A stretch of DNA of 60,318 bases. Origin: a virus. Its lineage: Duplodnaviria > Caudoviricetes. The notes beneath the pieces are model-generated. The model was not told the DNA's origin, ran no database searches, and was given only the letters and a program-made list of their open reading frames with translations. Of the stretch, positions 26,256 to 35,252 are shown in pieces. Both the position numbers and the translations under genes were made by a program. The stretch spans positions 1 to 60,318 of IMG/VR virus record IMGVR_UViG_3300043783_000122. One strand, 5' to 3'. The first letter of the stretch is position 1, and each line of letters opens with the position of its first letter.

Positions 26256-27575
26256 TTAGAAGCCACTCCAGGCAGTTATGATGCCCGAGGCGCCCGAGGC
26301 GTCGGCCACGGTCATAGAGATACCGACTGCAGCAGTCGTTCCCGAGGCTATCGTGCACGTCGCCATGACCTGTGTAGTCGAGGGAATGAACGTGATAGTC
26401 GTATCAGTCCCAAGTCCTGTGCAGGCATTCGCCGTCGTCTCCGCAGTCGTCGTGAACCCCGCGAAGCCGGTCGTGTACGCCATCGTCGGCGCCTTGTACA
26501 TCGGCACCGGGAAGACTACAGGGAAGCTGAGCGCGGTGCCCGAGGTGGTGAAGTGCCCCTGCCAGCGGGAGAGAAGGGTCGCTCCCTCATGGACGGAGTA
26601 GACGAACTGGAGATTATCCAGCAACTCCGCCTGCCTCGGGCGAATTTCATACGTCGAGGGGAGGGCCGAGCGCTCCAGCTGCGCCCCGACGAAGGCGAAG
26701 CCGTCGGTGGCGCCGGAGCCCGAGGTCGTGGGGGTGAAGCAGATGCCAACGCCAAGCTCGGTCGCTGTGCTTGGCACCGCCGCCGTGGTGAAATATCTCG
26801 CGAACGCCGTGGTGAGCGAAATCGGCGTGTTCACCAGCGTCGAGATGCCGGTCCAAGCGGGGGTGATGAGCGGGGTGGTCGAGGGTGCGACCGCCAAGCC
26901 CTCGTCCGTGCCGGTGCCCGCGATGATGACAAGGTTCGCCGTGTTGCCGTTATCGGCGGCCAGACCGGCCAGCGCGGCCACTTGCACGGAGAAGCTAACG
27001 GTCGAGCCAGCGGCCAAGAGCGACTGGGGACTCGGCACGGCTTGCCAAGCGCAGATGGGCTGGGTGAGCGCACCCGAGGTGCGGAATACCTTGGCGACCT
27101 GGGTGAAGCCGGACGGCGCCGTCGGGGAGCTCGTCACGATGGCCGAGCGGCCCGCGCCCGAGCCGACGTTAGTCACGAGCACCCAGCGGTCGGCGATCAG
27201 GGCGGCGGAGGTGGGAGCGGAGGTCGTGGCCCCAGTGACGGTGCCGGTTCCATTGACTTGGGTTCCGAGCAGATCACCATTGCCCAGCAAGTTCCTGGGC
27301 GAGCTCGCCCCACCAAATTGCGTGATGCGCATTCTCTCGGTCTGGGGATTCTGGCCCTGGGAGAGTCCAGTATCGACCGGGGCGAGCTCATTCCCCGTAA
27401 TAGGCGCACCGGGCGGGAGGAAATACTGACACGCCCCGTTGACCTTCGAGGCACAGTCGGTGTTGGGCGTCGTGCTGCCCGCGAGCGGCAAGCCCGGCCA
27501 GAGGCCCTGTTGCGCGTTGGCGGTCGCGCATAGCGCGATAACGCCCACCGCGGCGAGAAGAATCTTCTTGAACAT
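26256..27575 (-). CDS. signal-peptide-bearing protein with fibre-type carbohydrate-binding-like domain
   Basis: ATG 27575: MFKKILLAAVGVIALCATANA|QQ; RNLLGNGD...ADRW...AQLE....STYEIRP..AEL matches the common phage-fibre CBM-like module; ends FPVPMYKAPT... Confidence 0.7.
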   Translation of the reverse strand: MFKKILLAAVGVIALCATANAQQGLWPGLPLAGSTTPNTDCASKVNGACQYFLPPGAPITGNELAPVDTGLSQGQNPQTERMRITQFGGASSPRNLLGNGDLLGTQVNGTGTVTGATTSAPTSAALIADRWVLVTNVGSGAGRSAIVTSSPTAPSGFTQVAKVFRTSGALTQPICAWQAVPSPQSLLAAGSTVSFSVQVAALAGLAADNGNTANLVIIAGTGTDEGLAVAPSTTPLITPAWTGISTLVNTPISLTTAFARYFTTAAVPSTATELGVGICFTPTTSGSGATDGFAFVGAQLERSALPSTYEIRPRQAELLDNLQFVYSVHEGATLLSRWQGHFTTSGTALSFPVVFPVPMYKAPTMAYTTGFAGFTTTAETTANACTGLGTDTTITFIPSTTQVMATCTIASGTTAAVGISMTVADASGASGIITAWSGF

Positions 27576-27649
27576 TCGAGGTCTCCAGGGCCTAGAGTGC
27601 CACACGGAACGTCTGGCTTGGCCCTAGCCAGCCAGATCGATCCGAATTG

Positions 27650-27931
27650 TTATCGCTTGCGAAGCGCGGACCAGTCCACCTTAGGCGCCTTGGCGCCGGA
27701 GGCAATGCTGCACGCGGCATCTTTCACGCTGTCGCTCCCCGTGCCGAGATGGCCCCCGTGGCGGCCGACTTCGCCGCTCGCTGGGCCATCCAGGTGGCAA
27801 TGCGGGCCGAGCGCGTTCGAGTCGATCTGCGGCGCGGCCGAGCGAGCGTGACGATCCTGCGCCGGGCCGTCGAAGCGATCTTTCTTATGGAATCGTGGAA
27901 GCATGTCAGGCGTGGGAGAGGTCTCGCTCAT
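27650..27931 (-). CDS. hypothetical protein
   Basis: 93 aa from ATG 27931 with GAGG RBS. Confidence 0.5.
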   Translation of the reverse strand: MSETSPTPDMLPRFHKKDRFDGPAQDRHARSAAPQIDSNALGPHCHLDGPASGEVGRHGGHLGTGSDSVKDAACSIASGAKAPKVDWSALRKR

Positions 27932-27932
27932 T

Positions 27933-28235
27933 CTAGCCTCGCTTCTGGTTGAGGAGCGAGATCGCCCCTCGCAAGTGATTCGGCCCTGGGGGCGTCTCCT
28001 TGCCCCGTGGTTCGCCACTGACGATCTCCTCGATCATCGGCCGCTTGGCGTGGAATTCCTCCTTGTACACCGGCTCCTCACCAGCAATCTTGCGAGAATG
28101 CGTGGAGACATAGCCGTTTGCAATCCTGCGCACGTCCACCGAGCAGTACTCCGGCCCATCCTCGTCCGGCGCAGGGGCTCCCCCGCCCGCTAGCACGCTG
28201 GCGCTGGTCGCCATCTTTCCGCTTCGCTTGGCCAT
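27933..28235 (-). CDS. hypothetical protein
   Basis: 100 aa, GGAGG RBS, SVDVRRIANGY motif. Confidence 0.6.
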   Translation of the reverse strand: MAKRSGKMATSASVLAGGGAPAPDEDGPEYCSVDVRRIANGYVSTHSRKIAGEEPVYKEEFHAKRPMIEEIVSGEPRGKETPPGPNHLRGAISLLNQKRG

Positions 28236-28334
28236 GAAGATGCCTCCAATGATTGGGAATAGTGAGCTCGTAGGGGCGCGTCTAGAGTCAATGTATCGCG
28301 TGGGGCGTGGAACGTGCGACGTGGCCCCCGTGGG

Positions 28335-28808
28335 CTAGATTGGCCCTTGGCCGATCCAGTGCAGCACTGGCACCCTCGACGTGGAGAGCTTGAGCGCGGT
28401 GTCCAGCGTCGAGCATATCGTCGCGAGTTGCGGGCAGCGATGCACGGACTTCGTGATGATGATGCCCCTGACTGGCACCCGATAGACGGCGCGCAGGATG
28501 GGGAAATACAGATCGAGCAACTGCTCCGTCGCCTGCTCCACGTTGGTGAGCTTGCACTCTAGCACGATAATCTCTAGAGCGTGCCACATGACGAAATCGG
28601 GCTGACAGTAGCCGAACTTCCCGTCGGCCATATATTCATACCACGGCCCGATCTCGATGTTCGGCGCGCGACGAGCGAGGGCCTTCGCGACCTTGCGCTC
28701 ATACGCGAGCCCCAGGCCCTTCGTGCCCCTGGGCCGCGAGCGCGGAATGCACGCCGGCCGAGCGACGGGCTTGGCCCATTCGACGTGCTCAACGCGGCGA
28801 TGTGGCAT
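28335..28808 (-). CDS. PD-(D/E)XK endonuclease (resolvase-like)
   Basis: GLAYERKV...CQPDF...IVLECKLT...QL..LY catalytic pattern; ATG 28808. Confidence 0.7.
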   Translation of the reverse strand: MPHRRVEHVEWAKPVARPACIPRSRPRGTKGLGLAYERKVAKALARRAPNIEIGPWYEYMADGKFGYCQPDFVMWHALEIIVLECKLTNVEQATEQLLDLYFPILRAVYRVPVRGIIITKSVHRCPQLATICSTLDTALKLSTSRVPVLHWIGQGPI

Positions 28809-29029
28809 CAGTGGAGCGTACCATTGTGTGAGTGCAGAGTCTCCAAGCCAAACGACAGCTTCGGCCGAAGGAGCGAGAATTCTGGTGAGACCCGCTCGGC
28901 CAGGGTGATCTTCGCCCGAATCGTCTCGGCGCGAAGGCCGCTCTTGTACGCGTGCAGCTCCTTGACCCACTTCGGCGCCCGAACGAACCAGGGCACATTG
29001 CCACTAGCACGTTTCACAGTATCGGTCAT
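28808..29029 (-). CDS. hypothetical protein
   Basis: 73 aa, GAGGAGG RBS, coupled to neighbours. Confidence 0.45.
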   Translation of the reverse strand: MTDTVKRASGNVPWFVRAPKWVKELHAYKSGLRAETIRAKITLAERVSPEFSLLRPKLSFGLETLHSHNGTLH

Positions 29030-29669
29030 ACTTCCTCCTCACAAACCTATCACACACGTCCGAGGCGTTAACGTCCCCCGCGACGAGCGAGCAATCATGG
29101 GGGGCTCGGAACATCGTGCAGAGCGCGCACTTGCGGCTCGCGACCCCCAGTCCGTAGCTGACCTTGGCCTTGGGGAGCTTCCCGTGCTGGAGGTCATAAA
29201 GGTATCCCTTGAGCTTCCCGGAGTACGGCGAGAGATCGAGGTCCGGGGGACAGGATAGGATTTTCTCGTGCTCAATAGGTTTATAAAGCGGTCGAAGAAG
29301 CGCACGGTACTCGGCAGGAGTGTGACCGAGGGTACGACAATAGTCATCCTCGGCCGCCGTTGCGAGGTGGTGGCGGAATTCGTACTCGCGATGCCAGGGC
29401 TTGAGCGACCACTCGACGATCTCGTGAAGCGCCACGAGCGTCCGGCACCACGGCTCATCCCTCGTCCCCGCGATGAGCGTGGGGTCGAAATAGACGTGCT
29501 CGCCAGAGAGAGATGATCCTGCGAGGTATGGGACCTCGTACTTGAAGATATACTTGCGCGAGCGCGAGATTCTCGTCCTGAGCTCCCCGTGCTCATGGAT
29601 GAGTTCCCTGAGCCTTTCGAGCGAGCCTTCGGGCGGCTCGTCGTCGTAGATGCTGTCGCCAGAGCTCAT
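29004..29669 (-). CDS. zincin-like (HExxE) domain fused to a HiPIP-like four-Cys domain
   Basis: VPYLAG.S..G..VYFD...LHEIVE...HHLATAAE; C-terminal KAKVSY....C..C.MF....C.LV.G.V.....C..F. Confidence 0.55.
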   Translation of the reverse strand: MSSGDSIYDDEPPEGSLERLRELIHEHGELRTRISRSRKYIFKYEVPYLAGSSLSGEHVYFDPTLIAGTRDEPWCRTLVALHEIVEWSLKPWHREYEFRHHLATAAEDDYCRTLGHTPAEYRALLRPLYKPIEHEKILSCPPDLDLSPYSGKLKGYLYDLQHGKLPKAKVSYGLGVASRKCALCTMFRAPHDCSLVAGDVNASDVCDRFVRRKYDRYCETC

Positions 29670-29748
29670 CTCGTTCCCACTGCGGGCGGGCGAAGGAAAG
29701 CAGGAGCGCTCTCCAAGGCCACGCCAGTATCATGCGGAACGTGCGCAA

Positions 29749-30093
29749 TTAGAAGATCGAAGACTGCGCGTTCACCGTGGTCTCGACCGCGGCGATCAGC
29801 TGGGCGATCTTGAGCGGATCGGTCGTCGCACGGAGGCTTTCGAGGAGCGGAAGCACGGTGCTCGGGAGCCCATTGATCGTCTCAATCTTCGTGATGATCG
29901 CCGGGCCGCTCGCCGCCAGGGCGGCCGGATTGTTCACCAGCGCCATCAGTTGCGTCAAGTCCTGGTTGACCTGATTGGCCACGCTGCCGGTCATGGTGCC
30001 GGCGACGGACGCCAGTACGCTCGTGGCCTGCGTTCCCGTGATGCCAGAGCTGTTGAGTGCTCCGACCAACGCCGAGAAGATATTCTGTCCCAT
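29749..30093 (-). CDS. hypothetical helical protein
   Basis: ATG 30093 with AAGGAG RBS; 114 aa. Confidence 0.6.
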   Translation of the reverse strand: MGQNIFSALVGALNSSGITGTQATSVLASVAGTMTGSVANQVNQDLTQLMALVNNPAALAASGPAIITKIETINGLPSTVLPLLESLRATTDPLKIAQLIAAVETTVNAQSSIF

Positions 30094-30143
30094 CTTTATC
30101 GCTCCTTGGTTGTGTCGGAGAATTATGGAAAGGTCTGACACTG

Positions 30144-30371
30144 TTACCTCACCATGAAGTCGTTGGGGAGTCTGATACGCATTGTCTGTCCTATCTTGGC
30201 TCCAGCACTTGCGAACTCGCTATCGTAAGTGGTGAAAGCCACATCTACACTTCGTTGAGTTGCAATGGTCTTGATTGCCTTCGGGGCTGCTACTGGCGCA
30301 GCCTTCCAGCCGCCGGCGAGGAGTCCAGCAAGACCACCAAGGAAACCTCGCCGGGCTAATTGCATCGTCAT
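30144..30371 (-). CDS. Tat-signal protein made of permuted major-capsid segments
   Basis: ARRGFLGGLAGLLA twin-arginine leader; C-terminal 27 aa match MCP residues 33-59 at 19/27; ATGA coupling to the upstream gene. Confidence 0.65.
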   Translation of the reverse strand: MTMQLARRGFLGGLAGLLAGGWKAAPVAAPKAIKTIATQRSVDVAFTTYDSEFASAGAKIGQTMRIRLPNDFMVR

Positions 30372-30685
30372 CCTGCCAGAAAGTCTGGATTGGGCACCTG
30401 TCCGACGCTACCATCGGCGAGATACCCGTCAATGAACTGCGGCTGGTGCATCTTCCACGAGGCCGTGCCCGCGTGCGCCGGCCCCACACGGGAGATGTCC
30501 TCAATGAGCTTATCGAACGCCGGGTGTAGCGCCTGCACGGCCACGACGACGGCCGGTTCAGCGTCGGCGAGGGAGCCCGCGAGCCCGATCCAGTCGGCGA
30601 GCGAGAGCCCGCCGAGCACGGCGCCGATCGAGCCCCCAGAAATGAGCCCCGAGATGACCGGAATGAGTGCGAGAAGAGCGCCCAT
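30368..30685 (-). CDS. membrane protein in the lysis region
   Basis: Hydrophobic Gly-rich N-terminal half. Confidence 0.55.
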   Translation of the reverse strand: MGALLALIPVISGLISGGSIGAVLGGLSLADWIGLAGSLADAEPAVVVAVQALHPAFDKLIEDISRVGPAHAGTASWKMHQPQFIDGYLADGSVGQVPNPDFLAG

Positions 30686-30867
30686 CAGTTCGCTCCCTTT
30701 ATACGTGCGGCCAGGATGGCATTCTCAATCATAAGCGCAAGCGCCCAACGAGAAGAGAATGTAATGCTAGCATCGCCTACATTAAATGGCAGCAAGATTT
30801 GCCCGGCTCCTGGCCCGTAGATTATGCTCATAGTTTCTTTCGAGACCTTCGGCGCTTCCTCGCCCAT
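30685..30867 (-). CDS. small hypothetical protein
   Basis: 60 aa from ATG 30867; TGATG coupling at both ends. Confidence 0.45.
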   Translation of the reverse strand: MGEEAPKVSKETMSIIYGPGAGQILLPFNVGDASITFSSRWALALMIENAILAARIKGAN

Positions 30868-31316
30868 CAGCCTTGCCCCGGACGATAGGTGTCGGCCTGC
30901 GGGGGCGCTGGAGCCGCCGAACTGACCTGTGCCGCCACCAGCGAGCCAGCGACGACCACGGTCGGACTGGGAATGGCTTTGGCGAGTGCCTTGCCGGCCT
31001 CGGACTGATCCGTAATGACCCCCTTGACCTCGGGAATGGCATCGACCACCTCGGTCGCATACTTCTTCGTATGAACGTAGAGGCCCCAGATGAGCGTGGG
31101 GAGGGTCAGAATAGCCCAAACCGCAGCGTTCATGAACTCGGGAGAGTTCAAGAGCGCCATGATGGTCTTGGCATCAGCCCAACCCTTGCCCGCGACGAAG
31201 CCGGCGATGCCAGCCCCGAACGTTGTGACGAACCAAGAGACTGCGCTCTTCGCCTGCTCGGCGTTCGGAACGATGGTGATGCCGCTTGGCTTCGATGCGC
31301 TATTATCCGGGCTCAC
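30867..31316 (-). CDS. putative holin
   Basis: Two hydrophobic helices; directly downstream of the endolysin. Confidence 0.6.
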   Translation of the reverse strand: MSPDNSASKPSGITIVPNAEQAKSAVSWFVTTFGAGIAGFVAGKGWADAKTIMALLNSPEFMNAAVWAILTLPTLIWGLYVHTKKYATEVVDAIPEVKGVITDQSEAGKALAKAIPSPTVVVAGSLVAAQVSSAAPAPPQADTYRPGQG

Positions 31317-32218
31317 TTTTCGTCCTCCTTGACGGCCAAGATGGCCTCTATTGCCGCGCGGCCGAGCACGTTGGCCATCTTCGCGCTCGCGCCCGAGGGA
31401 ATAACTAGACCCATCTCGGCCAGACCGGCGGCGAGGCTATGGACCCCGTTCGCCAGAATGGCCTGGATCGCCGTCGTGGCCGCGTCGAGCTGGCGGTCGT
31501 GGAGGCTGGGTGCGTTCGCGACCCTCGCAGCGATCTGCATTTGGGCTTCCTCGATGCTCTTTGCGCTTGGCGCGCTTGATGCGGCTATCTGAGCGTCAGA
31601 GAAGGGAATGAACTGGCCCCAATCCTCGCCATTGGGCGTGTCGATGTCACAATCGACGCCAGCGACCTTCGTGGGAAGCCCCTGGTGGAGGACCCATTTC
31701 TTGCTGGCGAGGAATTCGGCCGAGCCTAGCCACTTCCCCGGCGCGGCGAGCCAGGCGAGGTTCGCATATCCCGCCGCGAGGGCCGCGTTGCAGACCGCGC
31801 CGCTTGCATACACCCCCACGCGGGCTTTGAACGCGCTGGCATCGAAGGCTACTCGAATGGCCTTGAAGTACGGCATCACAAGCGACATGATTTGCGTCGT
31901 GCTGGCATCGGTATCGACGGCGAAATAGACGCAGGGGTTCCCCACGCCAATCGTCCCGAGCTCGCGCAGGGCGGCCAAGGCGTGCTGAGCGTCGCGCGTC
32001 CCGGCCGCCGCTGAGATGTCCCCATGGGCGAAGTCGCCCCAGCCCTCGCTCACGAGGGTGAGCGACATACGTGCGTCCGCGATGGCCTTCGTCCGTGCTG
32101 GCGTGATGACTTTCGACGTAGTGCCGTGCGGATTGAGATACCCTATGATGTCCGTCACCCCGGCCTTGGCGAGGGCGGGGAGATGCGCGGTCACATCGAC
32201 GTTCACATCAATTATCAT
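31313..32218 (-). CDS. endolysin, DUF1906/GH25-like glycoside hydrolase
   Basis: IID...GY...VSE...GTRDA...VYFAVDTD...VGVYASG.VC...WL...W...Q...DCDID. Confidence 0.8.
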   Translation of the reverse strand: MIIDVNVDVTAHLPALAKAGVTDIIGYLNPHGTTSKVITPARTKAIADARMSLTLVSEGWGDFAHGDISAAAGTRDAQHALAALRELGTIGVGNPCVYFAVDTDASTTQIMSLVMPYFKAIRVAFDASAFKARVGVYASGAVCNAALAAGYANLAWLAAPGKWLGSAEFLASKKWVLHQGLPTKVAGVDCDIDTPNGEDWGQFIPFSDAQIAASSAPSAKSIEEAQMQIAARVANAPSLHDRQLDAATTAIQAILANGVHSLAAGLAEMGLVIPSGASAKMANVLGRAAIEAILAVKEDEK

Positions 32219-32372
32219 TTTCCTCGTCCTCTTCCTCGTCCTCAGGCGCCCGCACCGCATACGCTCCGAGCGCCACAAGCTCCCGCACGACCCGCTCATT
32301 TTCCTGCCTCCGCGAGGCAGCCTCGACCCGGCGGATATTGGCCTGTCGTTCGAAATAGGCGAAGAGGCCCAT
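32208..32372 (-). CDS. small acidic-tailed hypothetical protein
   Basis: MGLFAYFERQANIRRVEAASRRQENERVVRELVALGAYAVRAPEDEEEDEENDN*, coupled on both sides. Confidence 0.45.
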   Translation of the reverse strand: MGLFAYFERQANIRRVEAASRRQENERVVRELVALGAYAVRAPEDEEEDEENDN

Positions 32373-32989
32373 CAGCGCTTGTCCTCAATGATGCTCGCCT
32401 CGACCACCGTGGCCTCGACCGTGCGCTCCTTGGCCGGGACGAAGTTAATGGAGACGTTCAGGCCGGACGAGGGGGCGCCGTTGCGCTGGCCGCCCCTTGC
32501 TGGCGCCGCCGAGCGGTCCATCGTGGCCTCCAGGATGCCCTTCAGGTCGTTGTTGGTGAACTTCTCGGGAGATTCCTCTAGTCGCTGCTGGAGAATCTCC
32601 AGCGCCGTGAGCCCGCTCGTGACGAGGCGATCGTAGACGTTGTGATCACGTTTCTCCTGCTGGGTGGCGTAGTACGCGAGGAGCTCGCGAAACGCGGGAT
32701 CGCCCCGGAGCGCCGTGATGCCTGTGACGCTGCGGCCAGTGATGAAGCTGGCCTCGGCGTCCTCGACCCCAGCAGCGAGTAACTGCGCTAGTTGATGATG
32801 CCCCGTGCGCAGCACGGTGATAACACTGGCCGCCCCGGTGCCCTTCGACCAGTTGTGCTCGCGGAGCTCTTGGAGCAATATGGGCACGTCGAGCGCCACG
32901 ATCTCGCGCAGAACCTCGCAGGGTTCCTCGCGACGTGGCGAGGCTGCGAGGGCGAGGCTTTCGAGGAGCTCTAGAGACTGTTCGCTCAT
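32372..32989 (-). CDS. putative terminase small subunit (HTH)
   Basis: LR..HH.LA.LLAAG....EAS.ITG.S...I..L..DPAF.ELL HTH-like region, helical core, C-terminal NVSINFV strand. Confidence 0.5.
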   Translation of the reverse strand: MSEQSLELLESLALAASPRREEPCEVLREIVALDVPILLQELREHNWSKGTGAASVITVLRTGHHQLAQLLAAGVEDAEASFITGRSVTGITALRGDPAFRELLAYYATQQEKRDHNVYDRLVTSGLTALEILQQRLEESPEKFTNNDLKGILEATMDRSAAPARGGQRNGAPSSGLNVSINFVPAKERTVEATVVEASIIEDKR

Positions 32990-33116
32990 CTGGGAGTATC
33001 ATACCTGCAGAGTGTCACGGCGAGAGACTGCTGTCTCGCCTCGCTATACGTTCTTGCAGGCTTCCACTTCCGCGAGCGGTTCAATCGACCAATAGCGCGC
33101 CTGCGTGACTGTTTCA

Positions 33117-33500
33117 TTAGAAGTTCCCCCAGCCCGAGCGCGTGGTCGGGATAAAGGGCTTCGGGACCACCTCTAGCGTGACCCGGCAGACGCCCGGACA
33201 GGCTATTCTCTTCGCAGCGGCCGGGGTGAGATCAATCTCTCTCCCGCGCACGAACGGGCCTCGGTCAGTTATGCGAACCGTGACGCTACGCCCGCCCAGC
33301 GTGACCCGCACCCACGTGCCGAACGGGAGCGTTCGATGCGCCGCGGTCATCGCGGAGCAATCCAGCCTGCCTCCGCCGGCCATGCGCGAGCCGCAGTAGC
33401 CATCGGCCCCGCCGTACACGCTCGCCACGGCCGCGTGGCCGCCCACCGGGGCGGCTAGAAGCGAGACCGTGAACAAGACCGTGAACAAGATTGTCCTCAT
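33117..33500 (-). CDS. rlpA: RlpA-like (DPBB) lytic transglycosylase with signal peptide
   Basis: ASVYG...MTAAHRTLPFGT.VRVT..GRSVTVRITDRGPFVRGREIDLT.AAA. Confidence 0.9.
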   Translation of the reverse strand: MRTILFTVLFTVSLLAAPVGGHAAVASVYGGADGYCGSRMAGGGRLDCSAMTAAHRTLPFGTWVRVTLGGRSVTVRITDRGPFVRGREIDLTPAAAKRIACPGVCRVTLEVVPKPFIPTTRSGWGNF

Positions 33501-33694
33501 CTCACGCACTCGTCCAGACCGCTGCACGGATCGACGTAATACGGCACGTGCTGGTGACGCGAGTGCGCGTCGTGCTGGCGGCAGGGCTGCTCTCGATTGG
33601 CATCTTTTGACAGCGCAACATCGGTAGATTCGTGGCCGACGTGACCATCGACGAGCGCGCTGACGGCGGCGCATAAGATGAGGGCACGGATCAT
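33497..33694 (-). CDS. small His/Cys-rich protein with hydrophobic N-terminus
   Basis: 65 aa, GGAG RBS, ATGA coupling. Confidence 0.45.
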   Translation of the reverse strand: MIRALILCAAVSALVDGHVGHESTDVALSKDANREQPCRQHDAHSRHQHVPYYVDPCSGLDECVR

Positions 33695-33736
33695 TCGGTT
33701 GACTCCGAAATCCGTTGCTGATGTACCTGCATTGCT

Positions 33737-34273
33737 TTAGACCTCCCGAAAGATTGCGCCACGCACTGGCACGCACCTCGTGCGCACGGCGTGGCCATCA
33801 TTTCCCGAGTGCAGCATGATTCGCCCGGCTGGACACGAGCCGCTGGCCACCTCGCCCACATGATGATGCCAGACCGCGACAGCGCCAGGATGAGCGTCAG
33901 TCGCGTGGCCCCACCTCGACCAGTTCCAGGCGAGATTGAACGCCGGATCAAGCACCCCGCGCACCTGGCGCATAAACCAGCCGCACCAAGCGTGCGGGCG
34001 GGGGCCAAGGCCGGAGATGGCGAGTCGCACATGACGCTCGGCGAACGTTTCGGGGGAGCTATGGGCATCCGACTTCCACCAGGGCTGCTGGTCCCCCGTC
34101 CATCTCGGGCCGAAGAAGGTGCTCTTGGGCCACTCGGGATAGTGCGTCGTGAGGGGCCAAGTCGAGCGATGTACATGGTGCTGGTGGCGATAATAATGCA
34201 CCTTCGCCGAGGCGGGCGAGCCCATAACGAGAAACGTGGTTATCGCTGCGATTGCCGCGCAGGCGAGCTTCAT
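33737..34273 (-). CDS. secreted CHAP/NlpC-like cell-wall amidase
   Basis: Signal peptide (..SPASA|K); AWCGWFM...NLA.NW...PGAVAVWHHHVG...SGNDG catalytic Cys/His pattern. Confidence 0.65.
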   Translation of the reverse strand: MKLACAAIAAITTFLVMGSPASAKVHYYRHQHHVHRSTWPLTTHYPEWPKSTFFGPRWTGDQQPWWKSDAHSSPETFAERHVRLAISGLGPRPHAWCGWFMRQVRGVLDPAFNLAWNWSRWGHATDAHPGAVAVWHHHVGEVASGSCPAGRIMLHSGNDGHAVRTRCVPVRGAIFREV

Positions 34274-34464
34274 GCTGAATCCTCCTTCGAGCGTCCCGAA
34301 ACGCTTGTTGGCGAGGGCTCACCTGACCTGGGGGATGTCGGGGGAGGAATGGGCCGAGATAAGCCCTCGCCGGGGTGGCGCAGGTTATGTGGGGACACGG
34401 GCCTGCGCAATGGATGACGTAGCACAGTGCTCGCCGTGCTGTCAAGTCCAGGCGGGGAGGCGAA

Positions 34465-34557
34465 TGGCCAATCGTGGGCCGCATGGAACTTCCTGTTGCG
34501 CGAAAATCGAACTGGCACCATCCAACGTCCTACGAGCAAAGTGGCCAATCGTGGGCC
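34465..34557. repeat. 16-bp direct repeat TGGCCAATCGTGGGCC (34465-34480 and 34542-34557)
   Basis: Exact repeat; partial third copy CAATCGTGGGC at 35119-35129. Confidence 0.8.
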
Positions 34558-35222
34558 TTGTGAGAATTCGATCACGTCTGAACTGCTCCAGACCCACCAC
34601 GAGCGAGCGCCCGCCCCTCGGCCCTCTATCCCCCCTTGCGCGGGCGGGCGCTGGGCGTTGGATGGTTCCTCGGCTCGGAGGACGCTGGCCGCTCGCCCGG
34701 CGCGCTGGACGTGGGCGGTGCCGCGACCATGCAGCACCGTACCACGCTGCGCGCAACGAGTCAAGCCCCACGTGCGCTGATCGCCCGAGCATAGTTCATC
34801 GCCCGCATAATCGCCGGGCGGGCGGACTTGCAGTCGCGGTTCGCATCGGCCAGGGCAAAGCGCAACGCGATCATCGCCTCGCCCGGATCGCGGCGCATGA
34901 CGTGGTATTCAGCCAGGATTAACCAATAGCGCATGTGAGCCTCCGTTGTGATCGTTCGAGTATCATACGCGCAACGATGTTCCGAGTCAAGAGGAAAGAT
35001 CGCGCGGGGCGCAACAATGCGCAGGACGTGCGCAGATTGGCGTTGTACCCGACTACGTTGCCCGCGTATATCGGTCGTGTATGAATTGGTGGCTTGGTGT
35101 TCATGTCTTGCGTTCGTTCAATCGTGGGCTCCTGGGTCATCAAAATCTGGCCTTTCTCTCTTTTTCTTAATATATATATTTTTTTATAGAAAGAAGGAAG
35201 CGAGCCCACGCGGGGACAGGAC

Positions 35223-35252
35223 GGCCCATGCGTTGACAAGGCAACACGGCCC
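35223..35252 (+). promoter_or_regulatory. 30-bp element (copy 1) with GTTG-N6-CAAC dyad
   Basis: 26/30 identical to 43798-43827; both lie just upstream of a TTGCA hexamer. Confidence 0.6.
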
